In this document: piece after piece, positions 51,408 through 64,000 of the stretch
Layout of the letters: each line of letters begins with the position of its first letter
How positions within the stretch are numbered: the stretch's first letter is position 1
DNA from: Phoronis australis
Taxonomy: Eukaryota > Animalia > Phoronida
Assembly (NCBI GenBank): GCA_002633005.1
Contig: NMRA01000470.1
Span: 209,274-273,273 of the forward strand
Reading direction: 5' to 3'
DNA length: 64,000 bases
Position numbers and translations under genes: made by a program
Notes under the pieces: model-generated
Seen by the model: only the letters and a program-made list of their open reading frames with translations
What the model was told of the DNA's origin: nothing
Database searches by the model: none

Positions 51408-54400
51408 TTCTCTGTTCAACCATAGCACAGTGCAAAACCTGTAAATTGCACTTACAGTGCATGATTCGGTCATGTTCCGACATTTCCGTTATGATTTTGT
51501 GATCGAGTGACGCACCTTCAGTTGGTGAAAGTAATTTGGGCTGCATCATGTCTCATCTTTGGTTCACTGTCATTATGGAAATTGCATTTCGCACTTCGCG
51601 TTAAATTGATATCAATTCTCTTATTTTCAAAAATAATGAGGTTTTGCATTTATTAGACGGCATGTTGTCTATTAACTCATAACTCCACATTTATCCAATC
51701 TCTGAATATCTATTTGTCAGTCACTGGGAACATTTAATTTCCACCTGTCTTACTTATAAATATTTCAAGGTCTTTGGCCAAATAAATTTTGCGCTGGTTC
51801 GCGAAGTACATTTGATAGATATCAGATTGTTTATTTTGTCAAAATGGGATGTTCTTGGCTGCAGCCACGTGATTTTCCGTTTGCTCACTAGCCAATAAGA
51901 GAACGGAAGAGAGACATTACTGAGTTCACGAAATGCTTTCTAATGGAAATTCAACGAGTAATTTTATTGTGCATAAATGTATACTTCGTTCTACATTATG
52001 CCCGACAGGTGCTACCAAAGCCAGATCTGTAGAAGGCAACTACAAAGACGCCTGTAAGTGGAGAATATTCACTTTCGTCATTGGCATTAATGGTCACTGA
52101 TCCTGTCGTGGGGGCCCTCTCTCCCCCTCTCTCCTTGATTGGACTCCTAAGTATTGACGGATGTCAAAAAATAAAAAGACAGGAAAAGAGTGTTATCTGA
52201 TCACCAAAGGATATTTAATTTTAAAAGCTGGAAGAGGTGACGCATCGATTACGAGAGAAGTATATTACGAAACAATGATAGAATAGACAGCGATGGATAT
52301 AAACTTAAAAACAGCAAACAAGCGGCACTTGTTTCCATCGTTACAGGTTCCTGTCCGAGAGGTTTCCTTCTTTAAATTGTGAAAGGATGTGATTTCAAAA
52401 AGAGCGAAATTGAGAAAATTGGTAATATTATGAGGGATTTTTCAAAATAAATAATATAACATTTCAAAAATAGGCGAAGAGCATGAGTGGATTCCCCGAA
52501 GAAACGGAGTAACTGCCTTATGGGAATTTCAATTAAAGTTTTAATTTGTACGATTCTATGGCTCCCATTTTTAAGACAATGACAATTCAATTTTTACAAT
52601 TATCGAACGCTCAATTTTTTCGGCAATTTCTCTATCTCTATCTATAGGCTAGTTTGAAAAAAGCTGAGACACATTTTGTTTCTGAAACTGGCCCTAATAG
52701 CAAGTTTATAATACAAGTTAGTTTATTTTTACACAGTGGTCAATAGTTGTAAAACTGGTAACAATAACCTATCAGCAAACACTTGAAAATCACGTGACTA
52801 TTAGTGTTCTAAATGGTAGCCTCTGGGGCAGGGTTTTAATGCATAAGGCTAGGTAAACATGTACAACGAACATAAAGCGCAGACCCAGGCACAGCAGGCT
52901 ATTATATCCTACACCCCTCCCACCCGCGGTGTCGCGGGCCACCACAATTTTTGAAAAACGAACGATCGACAGCCGGGGTGTGGAAGGAATTGCCCCCTAA
53001 ATAAGCCTATGTCCTGTTTGAAAACAATGTAAAGTAAATAAAAAATACAAAAATTAAAGATAAATTATATAAATGAAATACCAATCGTATTTTAACTAAG
53101 AATCGTTAGTCTACACGCCATATGTCAAATCACGTGTCAACAATTAAGTCAGAACTATCACTGTCCCAACAGCGGCTCGACACCGCTGGGGAATTTTTGT
53201 CAGTAGTGTGCAGGGGCGATTTTTTATTGGATGTCCCTCTCTCTTCTCAAATGCATGGACACTTGAACCTAGAAATGTAAAAAGATGAAACATAAACTAA
53301 AAACTTTATTCAATTGAGCAACAAATCAGTCACACAAGTTCAAAAAGTCTATTCATAGTGATTGGATGCCCCCGTATGTGGATGCCGTTCTGTTGCCCTT
53401 AGCAACACCAAGCTAATGCACAAGGGCTTCCCTCCATTTTTTTTCTTTTGTGTGTCTTCGATTGCACTGAAACATATTTCTCTACAAATTTTCAAACTAC
53501 TTGGCACAGTTGATCGCAAACGTTTGGCAAGACTTGGAAGTGGGAACTTGTTTCCGACTAAACAAAAATTAGCAAATTCCGAGTCGTATTTGCAAACAAT
53601 TTAGTAGTTTCTTAGTGTAGACTTTAACTCTAAGGTAGAATTGATGGTAAAGTGCACGTTTTCAAGTGTGTGCAGACAGGGACTCAAAACAAAAGTGCCC
53701 TACCGAAAGCTTAAACCCGACTTTGTGCTCAGCTTTTCCCCGTACCAATTTAGTTCTACATTCTGTTCTTCAGTTGAATATTTGCAAAATATCTATTTTG
53801 TGAAAGCGACATTACTGGGGAAATTTAATATTATTGTGACCACCACGGTCCCAGTGGGCACCTGCAAATCAGACATTAAAGAAACGTTTTTGTTTCACTA
53901 TGACAAGCTTTTGTAGTTGTCCTTGTGAATCATACAAAAGCCGCCTGTGCTCTAGTCCTTTACACGTGTCTTTGATTACACCTCAAGAGTGTTCAACCCC
54001 GTTATTGCAGTACATTGTAATCAGACTGTTTTCCTGGCCCTGGTGTCTGCAGGCGTTTGGGTCAGTCGCCTATGCGACACGTTATAAATCATTAGAGTTT
54101 TAGAATTTGCCGCCAGGGCACCATGATTCGTTGGTGTTGCCAGTACGTAACGCCACGTTGTGTTGTAGCAGCATGCACTGCGTTCGCTCTCAATTCTTGA
54201 TCTGAAGTCTATCACCAGAGTTGCACAGGGCTTTTTAACATTGCCCCTCTTTGGAAGACCCGCTTGCTAACCAGCGCCGCCTACGGAGTTCCTTGGCACG
54301 TGAAATGTATAGGCGCGTATTTAAGCCCATGCGTCTGTAATCGGCATCATGTTTTCCTCAAAGAAACATTTTAATTCGTGCAGCTCACTGGTGCATGCGC

Positions 54401-57400
54401 CTTCAATCATCTTCATTAATAGATGCAGCCGACTATCCCTTGCATGCGTTTAAGTATACTAGAACCTGAACACATGTGTTTTTGTCCATTCGTTTGATAG
54501 CGTTTACTCAAATGCACGTCATAATCTACCATGTTTTGGGGATAAGCCAAGTCAATTCACTCGCATAAAATTTGATAGTTTTTCATCTCACTTTAATTGA
54601 AGTGTTCTACAAACAGGCGCTCGCGCCTAATTCCAGATACAGGCGCAGCATCATGGGTCTATAAATACGCACATCTACCGTAAAGCATTAGTTTTGCAAC
54701 TTAGTGCTTGTAAAGCGCCCAGGGTCGCTTTTTGATCAAACCTAAAAGTATAGTTATGAGTATGTATAAGCTTTTATTGTGGACAATAAGTTACTAAGAC
54801 GCCGATGGCTCAGTTCGCAGGCCTTCTAGTTTGATGTAGTAGTAATGATTAAAAATAGGGATGTGAAACGACTGAGCACCACCATTGTAATGATAAATTT
54901 TTAGGCAATAGTCATTTTTAGCCTCCCGGATTTTGAAAACCACTTTGTTGCCCGTTATTCAGTGGAGGAAGCAGGTTCCCAATACGCGGGATTTTGTATG
55001 TGACTTTATAATGTCCGAATGATCATTACAACGAAAACTCTTCGTTTTCTGTTTGAATGCAACTTTTCCAAAACTTCTTTCGCCTGTTGTAATAATGAAC
55101 AGCCTTTCGCGCCAATTTTAATTATTGTGCACAGTGCCAGTCCATTATGTAAACGTGGTCAAGTGTTTAACACAAGTCTTTCAATACAAACACTATGTGT
55201 GAATTATAAGACCAAGTCACGACCATGATATTTGTAGCGCAATTGTTAATCCATTCAAATATATTAATGTACACATATAAATAGTGTGCTGAAATTTCAA
55301 ACGGCGTATTCAGTTAGAGTAACAAGGCTGTTGATTTGGTTGACCAAAAACACTGGTGTTTGTTTAGACTTTAAACTAAAGGAAAGACTCTTTATCGGTA
55401 AGGTATTAATAAAAACATATTGCACGTTTCTGGCTGGTCTGATTTCGCAGGAATCAGTGTTTGGTTGTGCGCTGGCTATCGTTATCCTAAGTGCAACCGA
55501 TTAGTGTCCGTCTGTTGACAAAATGCTAGAAATAACGAATTGTTTTGAAAAATGCCTACCAGACCTACGAAATATAGGTATTTTGAATATGCAAGCTAAC
55601 ACACGATTCCAGAGTTTCATTTAAGAAAGGTCTTACGCCTCTTCGTGGACACAGTTGCAAAGGCGATGCTGTTTCATACGAATGTAATTTAAGCGTAGCC
55701 CATGTTCACACGAAGAGACCATGTTCATGCTAAGCGACCTTGTTCACAAATCACTAAAATAAATTAAAAATGGATTGTAAGTAAAAAATCTCACGACGTC
55801 GATCTCAGCTAAAGCCTTTGATAAAACGGGCACCAAATTTAGGATCTGGCGTTCTTTAGGACCGGGTATCGCCACTAAATGTCGTAGCACTTGTCTCATA
55901 TGCGGTGATCTAGCACCTTAGCTCACCATTCAGGTCGTTAAACTGTACTCAGTGCTTATCAGAGCAAAAACATTATAGGTTTACTTAAATAACAAGGAAA
56001 AGAAATTAATAGGCGCTTTTGCTTTCCAAATGTATTCTCGTTACAAGTGACAAAATACTTAGTTGCGCTGAGGGGGAAGAAACTTTAGTTGAGCTGTTGA
56101 AATTCAATAAAGGATATTAGAAGTAAGTTGAAACCAATATGGGTATATTGCCTCAGTTCCGTTATTTGAACTGGCACCTCTCCTCTGTCTCATGCTGGAT
56201 ATTTTACATAGGCGTTCTTCTTTCGGATTCATACAAAATAGATGTTGGTTTTAGATTTATTGTTATCGCAGTCAAATGAGTCCATCAATCATTCTTTAAA
56301 TTAACCAAAGGACATAGTTTGATTAGGTTTGGACCATCACCTGATAGCCATCAATGAATGCCTCAGTTTTATCGTGATCGTTCGTCTCAAATAAATCCTC
56401 AACGACTTATTGTACGGAGCACAACCAGCCGATAAGATTACAAGCTTCGCAGCAGGAAATTCGTCATCGTCTTGCGTGATAAGTCAATTCAAAATGGCTG
56501 TTAAGTCAATTTGAACTGTTAAGTTTTGCCAAGTTGAGATAGGGTTTATTTTCTGTGTTTGCCATTTGCATTTTTAAATGTTTTAAATTCACTATAACCA
56601 TTAAGAGGTTTTGAATATGGTTAGCAACACAAAATCCAACAGTGCGTGATTTAGAATACTTACCGTTATGACATTGGTCTCAAATTTCCAGATAGGTAGG
56701 GTTTGTGAGCTTGGAAAGAACTGACAGTTCGCTATTGTTTGAGACCACTAAACCGGTTCTACTGGGAAGGTAGCTTGTCACGGCGTGAATCAGCCAGTTC
56801 TTTGCAAACACAAAAATCGCGTCTCATGTGATTAAGGAACAAATTGAGACTAATTTTATAGCAGTATCTAAATTAAAAGGTCGCTTCTTGGACGGAGCGC
56901 GGGTTCATAGTCACTTCATTACTGTTATGTAGACTTCATCGTTAAGATTGTGTAGGTCCTTACTGACACGTCTACTGTATTTTCCCAAATATCTGGCCTA
57001 CAAACTATAGCATTAAAATATGTATTTTCTGAAAGTCACGTGACCTTTCTTTTAGATGTTTTTTCAAAAGAAGAAAGGTACATTCGTAGCAAAACAACAG
57101 GATCATTCAATAACATGATCAATTTTCATAAGATGTTCAAGATAAAGTCTCAAAAACGCTGTTTCAATTTCCTAAATTGTCGTTCCGTTTTCGTTTTATG
57201 CAACTTAACAACTTTTTCAAAAAGAATCACATAAGTCCTACTTTTGATAGCTTCATGTGCAAAAGTGGAACTTTTTAACAGTATTTTGGAGAAAAGTGTA
57301 TAAAGCAAGTTTCATGTAAATCCGATCAGTCATTTCTGAGATAGGCCTACGATGTTTCCAAGTTGGCCGAAATTGGACATTTTTTAGGCTCTTAAGTCTG

Positions 57401-58203
57401 TGTATTTAACCATTAATACCCAGAAAACTATGAATTTTAAGTCAGTGAAAGTCTGCATTTATGTTTGTTGACTTTTAAAAAAATTGCCATGAAGTGGGTC
57501 ACGTGTCTATGTCTTTTTTTGTAAATTGAGCGAAAAGGAACGGTATCCATAACATTACCGGAAAACTGTTGGAGATGAAATTACTTAGTTTTCGTTTTCT
57601 ACAACTTCGCATGAAACATAGTAAGAGAAAGTTGGATACGAATCTGATCTGGCATTTCTGAGATATGATGTTCCGAAGTTAGCCGTATTTGTACTTTACA
57701 ATAGAACGACTGGTTTGACCCGTTGCCGGTACCTTTTTGCTGCAAACAATTGCCGTTTTGTCTTTGCTGAAAAGAAATGAATTGACGTGTTCTTCGTTCT
57801 GGAGTTGTTGAAGAAAGCCCTTTGGTGTGCTGGCATGAAAACTTGCAAATATCGGTACATTACAACAATGTTCTGCGTCCTGTCACTTGCTCTTGTGCTC
57901 TTGTGGGGTGATGCCAAATATACAACGGTTAGCCTTTGCCTCATCTTTCTGCCAGCGACAATTTTTGAAAGAGAGGAGTGACAAAGGGCACTACTATAGA
58001 GAGAGTCACAATCTTTAGATATAAAGTTAAAATCGGTAAGCAAATAGAAGTAAGTTTAAAGTTACATGTGTCAAAGTGGTGTTTAGTTTCTTGGTGTTTG
58101 TTTACCAAGGCTCAGTAGAAACTCATTGTGTAGGTTTATGTGAATATAATTTGGATTTATAAAGTCACTGTTTTCTGCGCCAAACATAGCGAAGATGGTC
58201 TAC

Positions 58204-58614
58204 ATCTGGGCCCGGTCTCTAATCTTTGTACTCGAAACGAACTCGAAACTATTTTTGGCAATTTCTCTGCTCCTTTTGTGCGAACTTAAGATAATTGGTT
58301 ATCAGACTGTGCTCGAATACATAATAGTTTATGCATAGGAGTTTCTATTTCAAGTTTGCCCTGGAAGACCCTTATATTCGTGCTACAAACTCGAGTAAAA
58401 ACTCGAAATATCGAGTTCAAATTCGAACTTATTGCTTTAATATTGGGTTTACAAACTGTGAACTAAGGGCAATAAATTATCCACGTAAGTTATTGTGTAC
58501 TCGAGCATAGAATAATAGACACTTATCTTGAGTTCGCCCAAAAGTAGAGTACAAAATGCCAAACCTAATTTCGAGTTCCATTTCGAGTAAAAAGATTGGA
58601 GACCGGGCCCAGAT
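58204..58614. mobile_element. MITE with imperfect TIRs, PIF/Harbinger-like
   Basis: atctgggcccggtctctaatctttgtactcgaaa ... tttcgagtaaaaagattggagaccgggcccagat; internal actcgaaa subrepeats. The superfamily call is inference. Confidence 0.75.
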
Positions 58615-59898
58615 CAAGCTCATCTCTTCACGTTCTAATTGACAGGTATCGATTGGATCAAGGTGTTTAGGTGACCCGGTCTGACTTGACAACCATTGAT
58701 TCGTTGGTTATTGATTATTGATACACACAGATCTAATGTCGTTTTAGCTGCCTAAGGGTTTGTCAGGATTAATTATGCAAGCTAAGCAAATATGATTTTT
58801 ACGCCAAGATAACATTTTATTTCAGGCGAGCGTTGCTTGTACTTGCTGTTTACTAGACTAAGACAAACAACTGACAACTTTAAGAAAGTTTTACACAATG
58901 ACGTTTATTGGGGGTAGAATGCTATTTGCATCATAGTATAGTAATAACATTTACCAAAGATATTAGCTTGTTAGTTTTGTAGTGTAATCAACATCGCGCA
59001 GTGTATTACACACGACGTGTATCCAGAAGCAAATTACTATTTGAACTAATTAATTCGTTGTCCACGATGTTGTTGAATTTGAGAAAGAATAGTGCTGCGG
59101 AGATCAGCCGGAACATTACTGCTTAATATTGACGGCTTTGCACCGACGGGCGTGCAGGTGTACTCTAAATGTACTCGTGTATGTAACACTAAAGTGAACA
59201 TGTACGTGTAGTTACATCTAATCGCAACGTCACCGATTAAGCAGGAAATTTAAATTTAAACTTAAGAAAGAATGTTATATATGCCTTTATTATTGGAAAT
59301 CTTTAATTCTACTGAACATTTACCGGTATACCAATTTTGTTCTTCACACTTTTCGGTAACGTTAATTCGTTATATTGTATCAACCCTACGTAACCGAAAT
59401 CTAGGTTTTATGAATAAAAATGCGTTTATCTGAAAGTGCTCATGGGCGTCTACAAGCTTTTTCGCTCACATGTACTGCAGTTTTTGCAGTCAGCACAGAC
59501 AGGTAGAGAGTAAAGATGTTTGCATCAAATAAAAACGAGGTGCCCTTATCCATAACCCACTTAGTTCTTGGTGCTCGGAAAGCACCATTAAGTGTAGACA
59601 GTGACCACTGCCTCTACCGCCAATAGGACGGTGGTCACTGTCTACGTTAGTGAAGATGTGTGCGAAATCAGTGTTTGAGCGTACGTTTCAGCTATGCAGT
59701 GTGTTCTTAATTTCATGATGCTCTTTCTCTTCGTCAGCAAATTTGTTTGAGTGATTGATCAACTATTAGAAAATTTGTTTTACAAACGGTTACGCAAGTA
59801 AATTTCCGAATCCATGGAGAAAATCAACATTCACATCCTGCTCACCCCTTGTAAACTTTTGAAAATGAACTTGTCCTGTGGTCCCTGGACGGAAAGTG

Positions 59899-60051
59899 AA
59901 GTCACGTGATAATATCAGCCAATCACTATAAAATAATTTACTATGCCTTAGGTAGCGTAAATCGGAGTTGTGGAAAGCTCAGGACATTTAAATTTTGGCC
60001 CACGAAGGCTGTTATTGGATTCAGTGCCTCAATGTTTTTGTAATTTTCAAG
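59899..60051 (+). promoter_or_regulatory. Probable promoter and non-coding first exon of a downstream gene
   Basis: E-box gtcacgtga, CCAAT box agccaatca and tataaaa in sequence, followed by a strong donor AAG|gtgagt at 60051. Confidence 0.5.
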
Positions 60052-61007
60052 GTGAGTTTTTTTCTTTCCCAGAACCGTTTGAAGCTTAAAGTTTTTTCTG
60101 TACAAGGCATGGTTCTTGCATTACCTGCCTTGTTTACGACTGTAAGGTTGGCCTGTTACCCTGTTAACATTGTCATTTGCTTAGAGAGATGATAACGGGT
60201 GCACTTGGAAGAAATTGCTTTATGGTAGTTAAACTTCAGGAGGTAATATGCCTATTCAATGTTTAGCCACTTAATCACTTGAACAAAGCATGATAAATTT
60301 TCTTGGGGTTGACCAGTTACCGTCAGAACCATAAGGCATTCAGACTGTGTCTCGGTCAGGCTTTTACCTCACTTAGGCCTGCAAAACCTCTGCAGTCTGG
60401 TCAGTTTTTATGCTATTTATTGGTTGGCAGAGTTGAGCCGAACTTCAGGATAACAAACACTTTTTAAAGTTACACCTCATCCGGTTAGAGTTGACAGAAT
60501 GTCTTCACTTAGTTAACCCTATTAACGTCAGGCTGTTAGTTGATTGAAATTGACACTGATTGATTCATAGATGAAAACCATCTATCCATAATCTGAAGTA
60601 AAAATATACTCCTGTATCACTCAAGCTAAGTGCAGTCAAATCTATTTTTGTAATTTCCTTTGCCAAATAGAGCAATGCAGTATGTGTAACACAAATTTGC
60701 AAGATCCCAGGTAATTGTGAAAACAGTATCAACATCATAGGTCTTTGAAATGCCAGTCTTGTATTTTTATGAGAGCTTCAAATTAGAGTTCAAGAGTGTG
60801 AAAAACACCTTTTTCACATTCATATGTGGCATAAATCTGTTTCATGGTTCTTGAATTAAAAAATGCCCCACCCCTCTTTCACATCTCTGCTGTTCACCAT
60901 GTAGATCTTACTGAAAAAATTGTCTTACTAACTTCTAGGCATGTTACCTCATATCTGTTGTTTGACTGTGTGCTTTGATCAGTACCTTGGTTTTTCAGAT
61001 TTGTACC

Positions 61008-61110
61008 ATGACTTGTGTACAAGAGTTGAGCGTTCTGCTAGCTTCGTTATGGAGTTGTGTGGTCTGCTGGCAGACTCCTTCATCCCCTCTCACGTTCTAC
61101 AGTTTTGTGG
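61008..61110 (+). CDS. Probable first coding exon (signal-peptide-like) of an unidentified gene that may continue past the window
   Basis: Exon 60999-61110 bounded by tttttcag| and GG|gtaagt; accATG opens MTCVQELSVLLASLWSCVVCWQ..., ending in phase 1. Confidence 0.4.
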
Positions 61111-64000
61111 GTAAGTTTGGCCATATATCAGTTATGGGAGGAATAAACAATGAGGTTGGTTGTGTACTGGGAATTTCTGCATTCAAATATATTCTCATAG
61201 GTCTACATTTAGAAACTTATCTGAATACAAATTGAGCCTTTTTATGGATACAAATTATAATTTACCATGCTTTGGAGAATTGAACCCTTAAATATTTACA
61301 TAATCAGTGAGTGCCGAGCTTAATCAAGGCTTTGAGAAACGCAACGTCTACGTCAACTGCTTTCTGGCAAATTATCAATACGGTTACATATTTCATTCCT
61401 CACTTTCTGTTTATCAGCTCATCTTGTTCCCGAAGGTGCACCTGGCTGAGTAATTGAATATAAGGTCTGGGACCAACTTTTAAGTGTTGCTGATACCAGT
61501 TCACCATATACAAGATGATCACTCTTCAGATGGTGATCTATAAGTTTCCATTCAAGAGACCATTGACACTCGCTAGCACAGGTGTAGACCTGCTTACATG
61601 CTCATTATGAGCTATCTAGCTCATTATATCTTATTAATGTCAGACGGACATGTAAAACAGGGATTGTTTCCATGGCCGGTATTTGCGCTATGGCACACTA
61701 GGTACACAGCAATACAGCAATGTTTATCACGATGACCACACATATTGTGGTCTTCACCAAATTTTTTGAAGAAATTTCGCAACATGTGACAGTTCGCGGA
61801 GTCCTGATTGTTAGCTTATTATGAAACCAATATTCTGCTAATTCGTTCCCAATGCCTGTGCATTACTGAATACCGTGGAGCAGAAGACGTGGAGCAGAAG
61901 ACGTGGAGCAGAAGACGAGTAAAGTATTGAAACAGAAAGCACTTAGTGCAAATTCATTCCCTGTTTCAGTACATCACCGAATACCATAGTGCAGTAAATC
62001 TAACGTTTCTATTTCTGTTTCATGGAGAACAGGTGCTCCACTATCGTCACCGCTGACATGAATAACCTCTGACATGAACACTGATCTTTAATTTACCATT
62101 TGATGGCTGAAGTATCGTTTGGTGCTGACTGCAAATATCACTTCCCTAGCACACTCAATAGTACGGGTTACTGTTATAATACCTAAGACTTTTACACCTG
62201 TTATTTTTGTAATTACCAACACCATTATGTCGTCTTGCTATAGCACCAAGTTAACTGATGTCCTTTTCTATGAAATAGCAGAATAATACTGTTGATTAAA
62301 TCCTGAAAATCTACCAAGGCCATTGGTTTTGTTTGTAATAGAACTTCTTGCTCATGACTTAATTCAGATTTCTATGTAAAACTGGCCTATGCTCTTTACT
62401 CATTATTGGGAAATCAAGGTTGTAAATGATGCTGTCTGCCCCAAGTCCTTTGTCTGTCCTCAATATCCTATCAAGTTGCTGGTTAATTAAATCTGGGCTG
62501 TCTCATATAAACAGTCTGCTGGTTTCCAGCCTAGTTGCCCCTCTGTTCATTTTGTCTCTGTGGGACATTCCCATTCAAATCTACAGTATATATTTTTGGA
62601 GTTGCAGGGTGGGAAAAAATAGGGTGTCTGTGTCCTGGCCCTGTGTTGTTACTAATTTGGATGGTAAATCTGATTCCTGAATCAAATATGATGAAGCCCC
62701 AGACCTTTGTTACTGTGTCTTCTCATTCCTTTGTGATGGCATCCTTTCTTAGGAAAAAAGTGATGTGATGAGGCTTGTAGTAAAGTGTGCATGTGTTGGA
62801 ATTAATCTGTGTCATTAGGGGTCCTCCACTTTACCTGAAATGTACTGTATGTCGTTAATCAAGATTTTTATGTTTGAAACTGCATCAAGTGAGTACGCCC
62901 TGCAAAACGTTTCCGCTGTCTATGAATGCAGTGTTCTCTGGGCTCTCACTAAAAAAGAAGTTTTTGATGTGCAGCACATTGCACCGCTCTTTGTAGATGG
63001 TTCTTCATTGTGAAACACCTGCGAGGCCACACTGCCCCGTGTTCAACTGTGCAAACAATTTGTCTTTGCTAGAGCCAAGTCCTTGATAAGGGACAAATTT
63101 ATATAGCGTGAAGGTTAATATTTGACCAACAAGGCACCTAGTTGTCTAACTTTGACTTGACATTGTATACTACTTCTTTTCACCCACTGGTACACCTGGG
63201 GCTCATGCACTTGGGGGGTCAACAAAATTAATTACTGTTGAAGATTGCCCCTGCAGTCAAAATCCAGACCAACGTATACTTTAACAAACTGAAGAATAGG
63301 TGAACGCTTACAACATTAAGGCGTCATAATTTTTTTAGATCTAAACAACCATCTGTATATGCAATTGTCTCAACAATAAACCTAGAAAAGTGCAATGTTC
63401 TCCACAACAGAAAATTCAAACTCCAAGAGCATTGCAAGATTTATGAATATGTTAGAAATTTACATTACCTCATTGTTGGGTTTATGTATAAAACCATGGT
63501 GTTAGCTAAATGAAACATCCAACATCGTCCAAATTTAGTGAAGAAATGACTATGCTAAAGTCTCACCTATTCGGAACAAAATATGGCGGACAGGTGAAAT
63601 TTTATTTTCTCATTGTACCACAAGTGATATATATCCGGTAGTACCAAAACGAAACTTTGTCATATTCAAGTTCCGTGCCATAGACAGTATTTTGAAAATG
63701 TGTGGACACCAATGTAAAAAGCCATTGAAAAATGAAAACATTGCTGTTTTGGATTTTCTTGCAACTTTCAACAGAGAACTTGTTGATTGGTCAAACTCAA
63801 TGCATTGCTTTTCAAGCTTGATGCTCCTGATTGTCATTGCCTTCATAGTGTTTTCCACATTGAGTTGCAGTTAAGGCGATGTAATGCCATGCACATTACG
63901 AAATGTGGGACTGGCCCTATACGCAAAACACAAAACTGCACCCTGTCTGTACCAGTAACTTGAACTATCCCTAAGCTGGAGCCTGGAGGTCCTAAAGTTA

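Noticed and set aside
51086-51549. Poly-Leu, poly-Ile and poly-Asn ORFs
   Set aside because: Translation of an (ATT)n microsatellite.
63610-63874. Overlapping short ORFs at the window end
   Set aside because: No motif or convincing splice context.

Overview
Eukaryotic, AT-rich, intron-containing invertebrate DNA; the gene and transposon content looks lophotrochozoan or mollusc-like (inference). There is an assembly gap at 48266-48899. Three protein-coding genes are well supported: a 9-finger C2H2 zinc-finger gene (-, 1876-3315), a single-coding-exon TRIM-NHL E3 ligase (+, 14736-16721), and a four-coding-exon MFSD4/NAGLT1-like MFS transporter (-, 24715-36849, 505 aa after manual splicing). 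A probable fourth gene starts near 59900 (+). Most of the rest is a nested transposon landscape: two internally deleted Kolobok elements (TTAA TSD, THAP plus KolX/P2X7-ballast-like stubs), two Academ-type non-autonomous elements (9-bp and 4-bp TSD), a decayed Kolobok/Mutator-like DDE transposase, a Tx1/L1 relic, a truncated Gypsy (LTR, PBS, gag start), several MITEs, and mini- and microsatellites. I found no CRISPR array and no clearly new biological system. The most notable signals are transposon architecture and nesting, and an unassigned N-terminal region in the zinc-finger protein.
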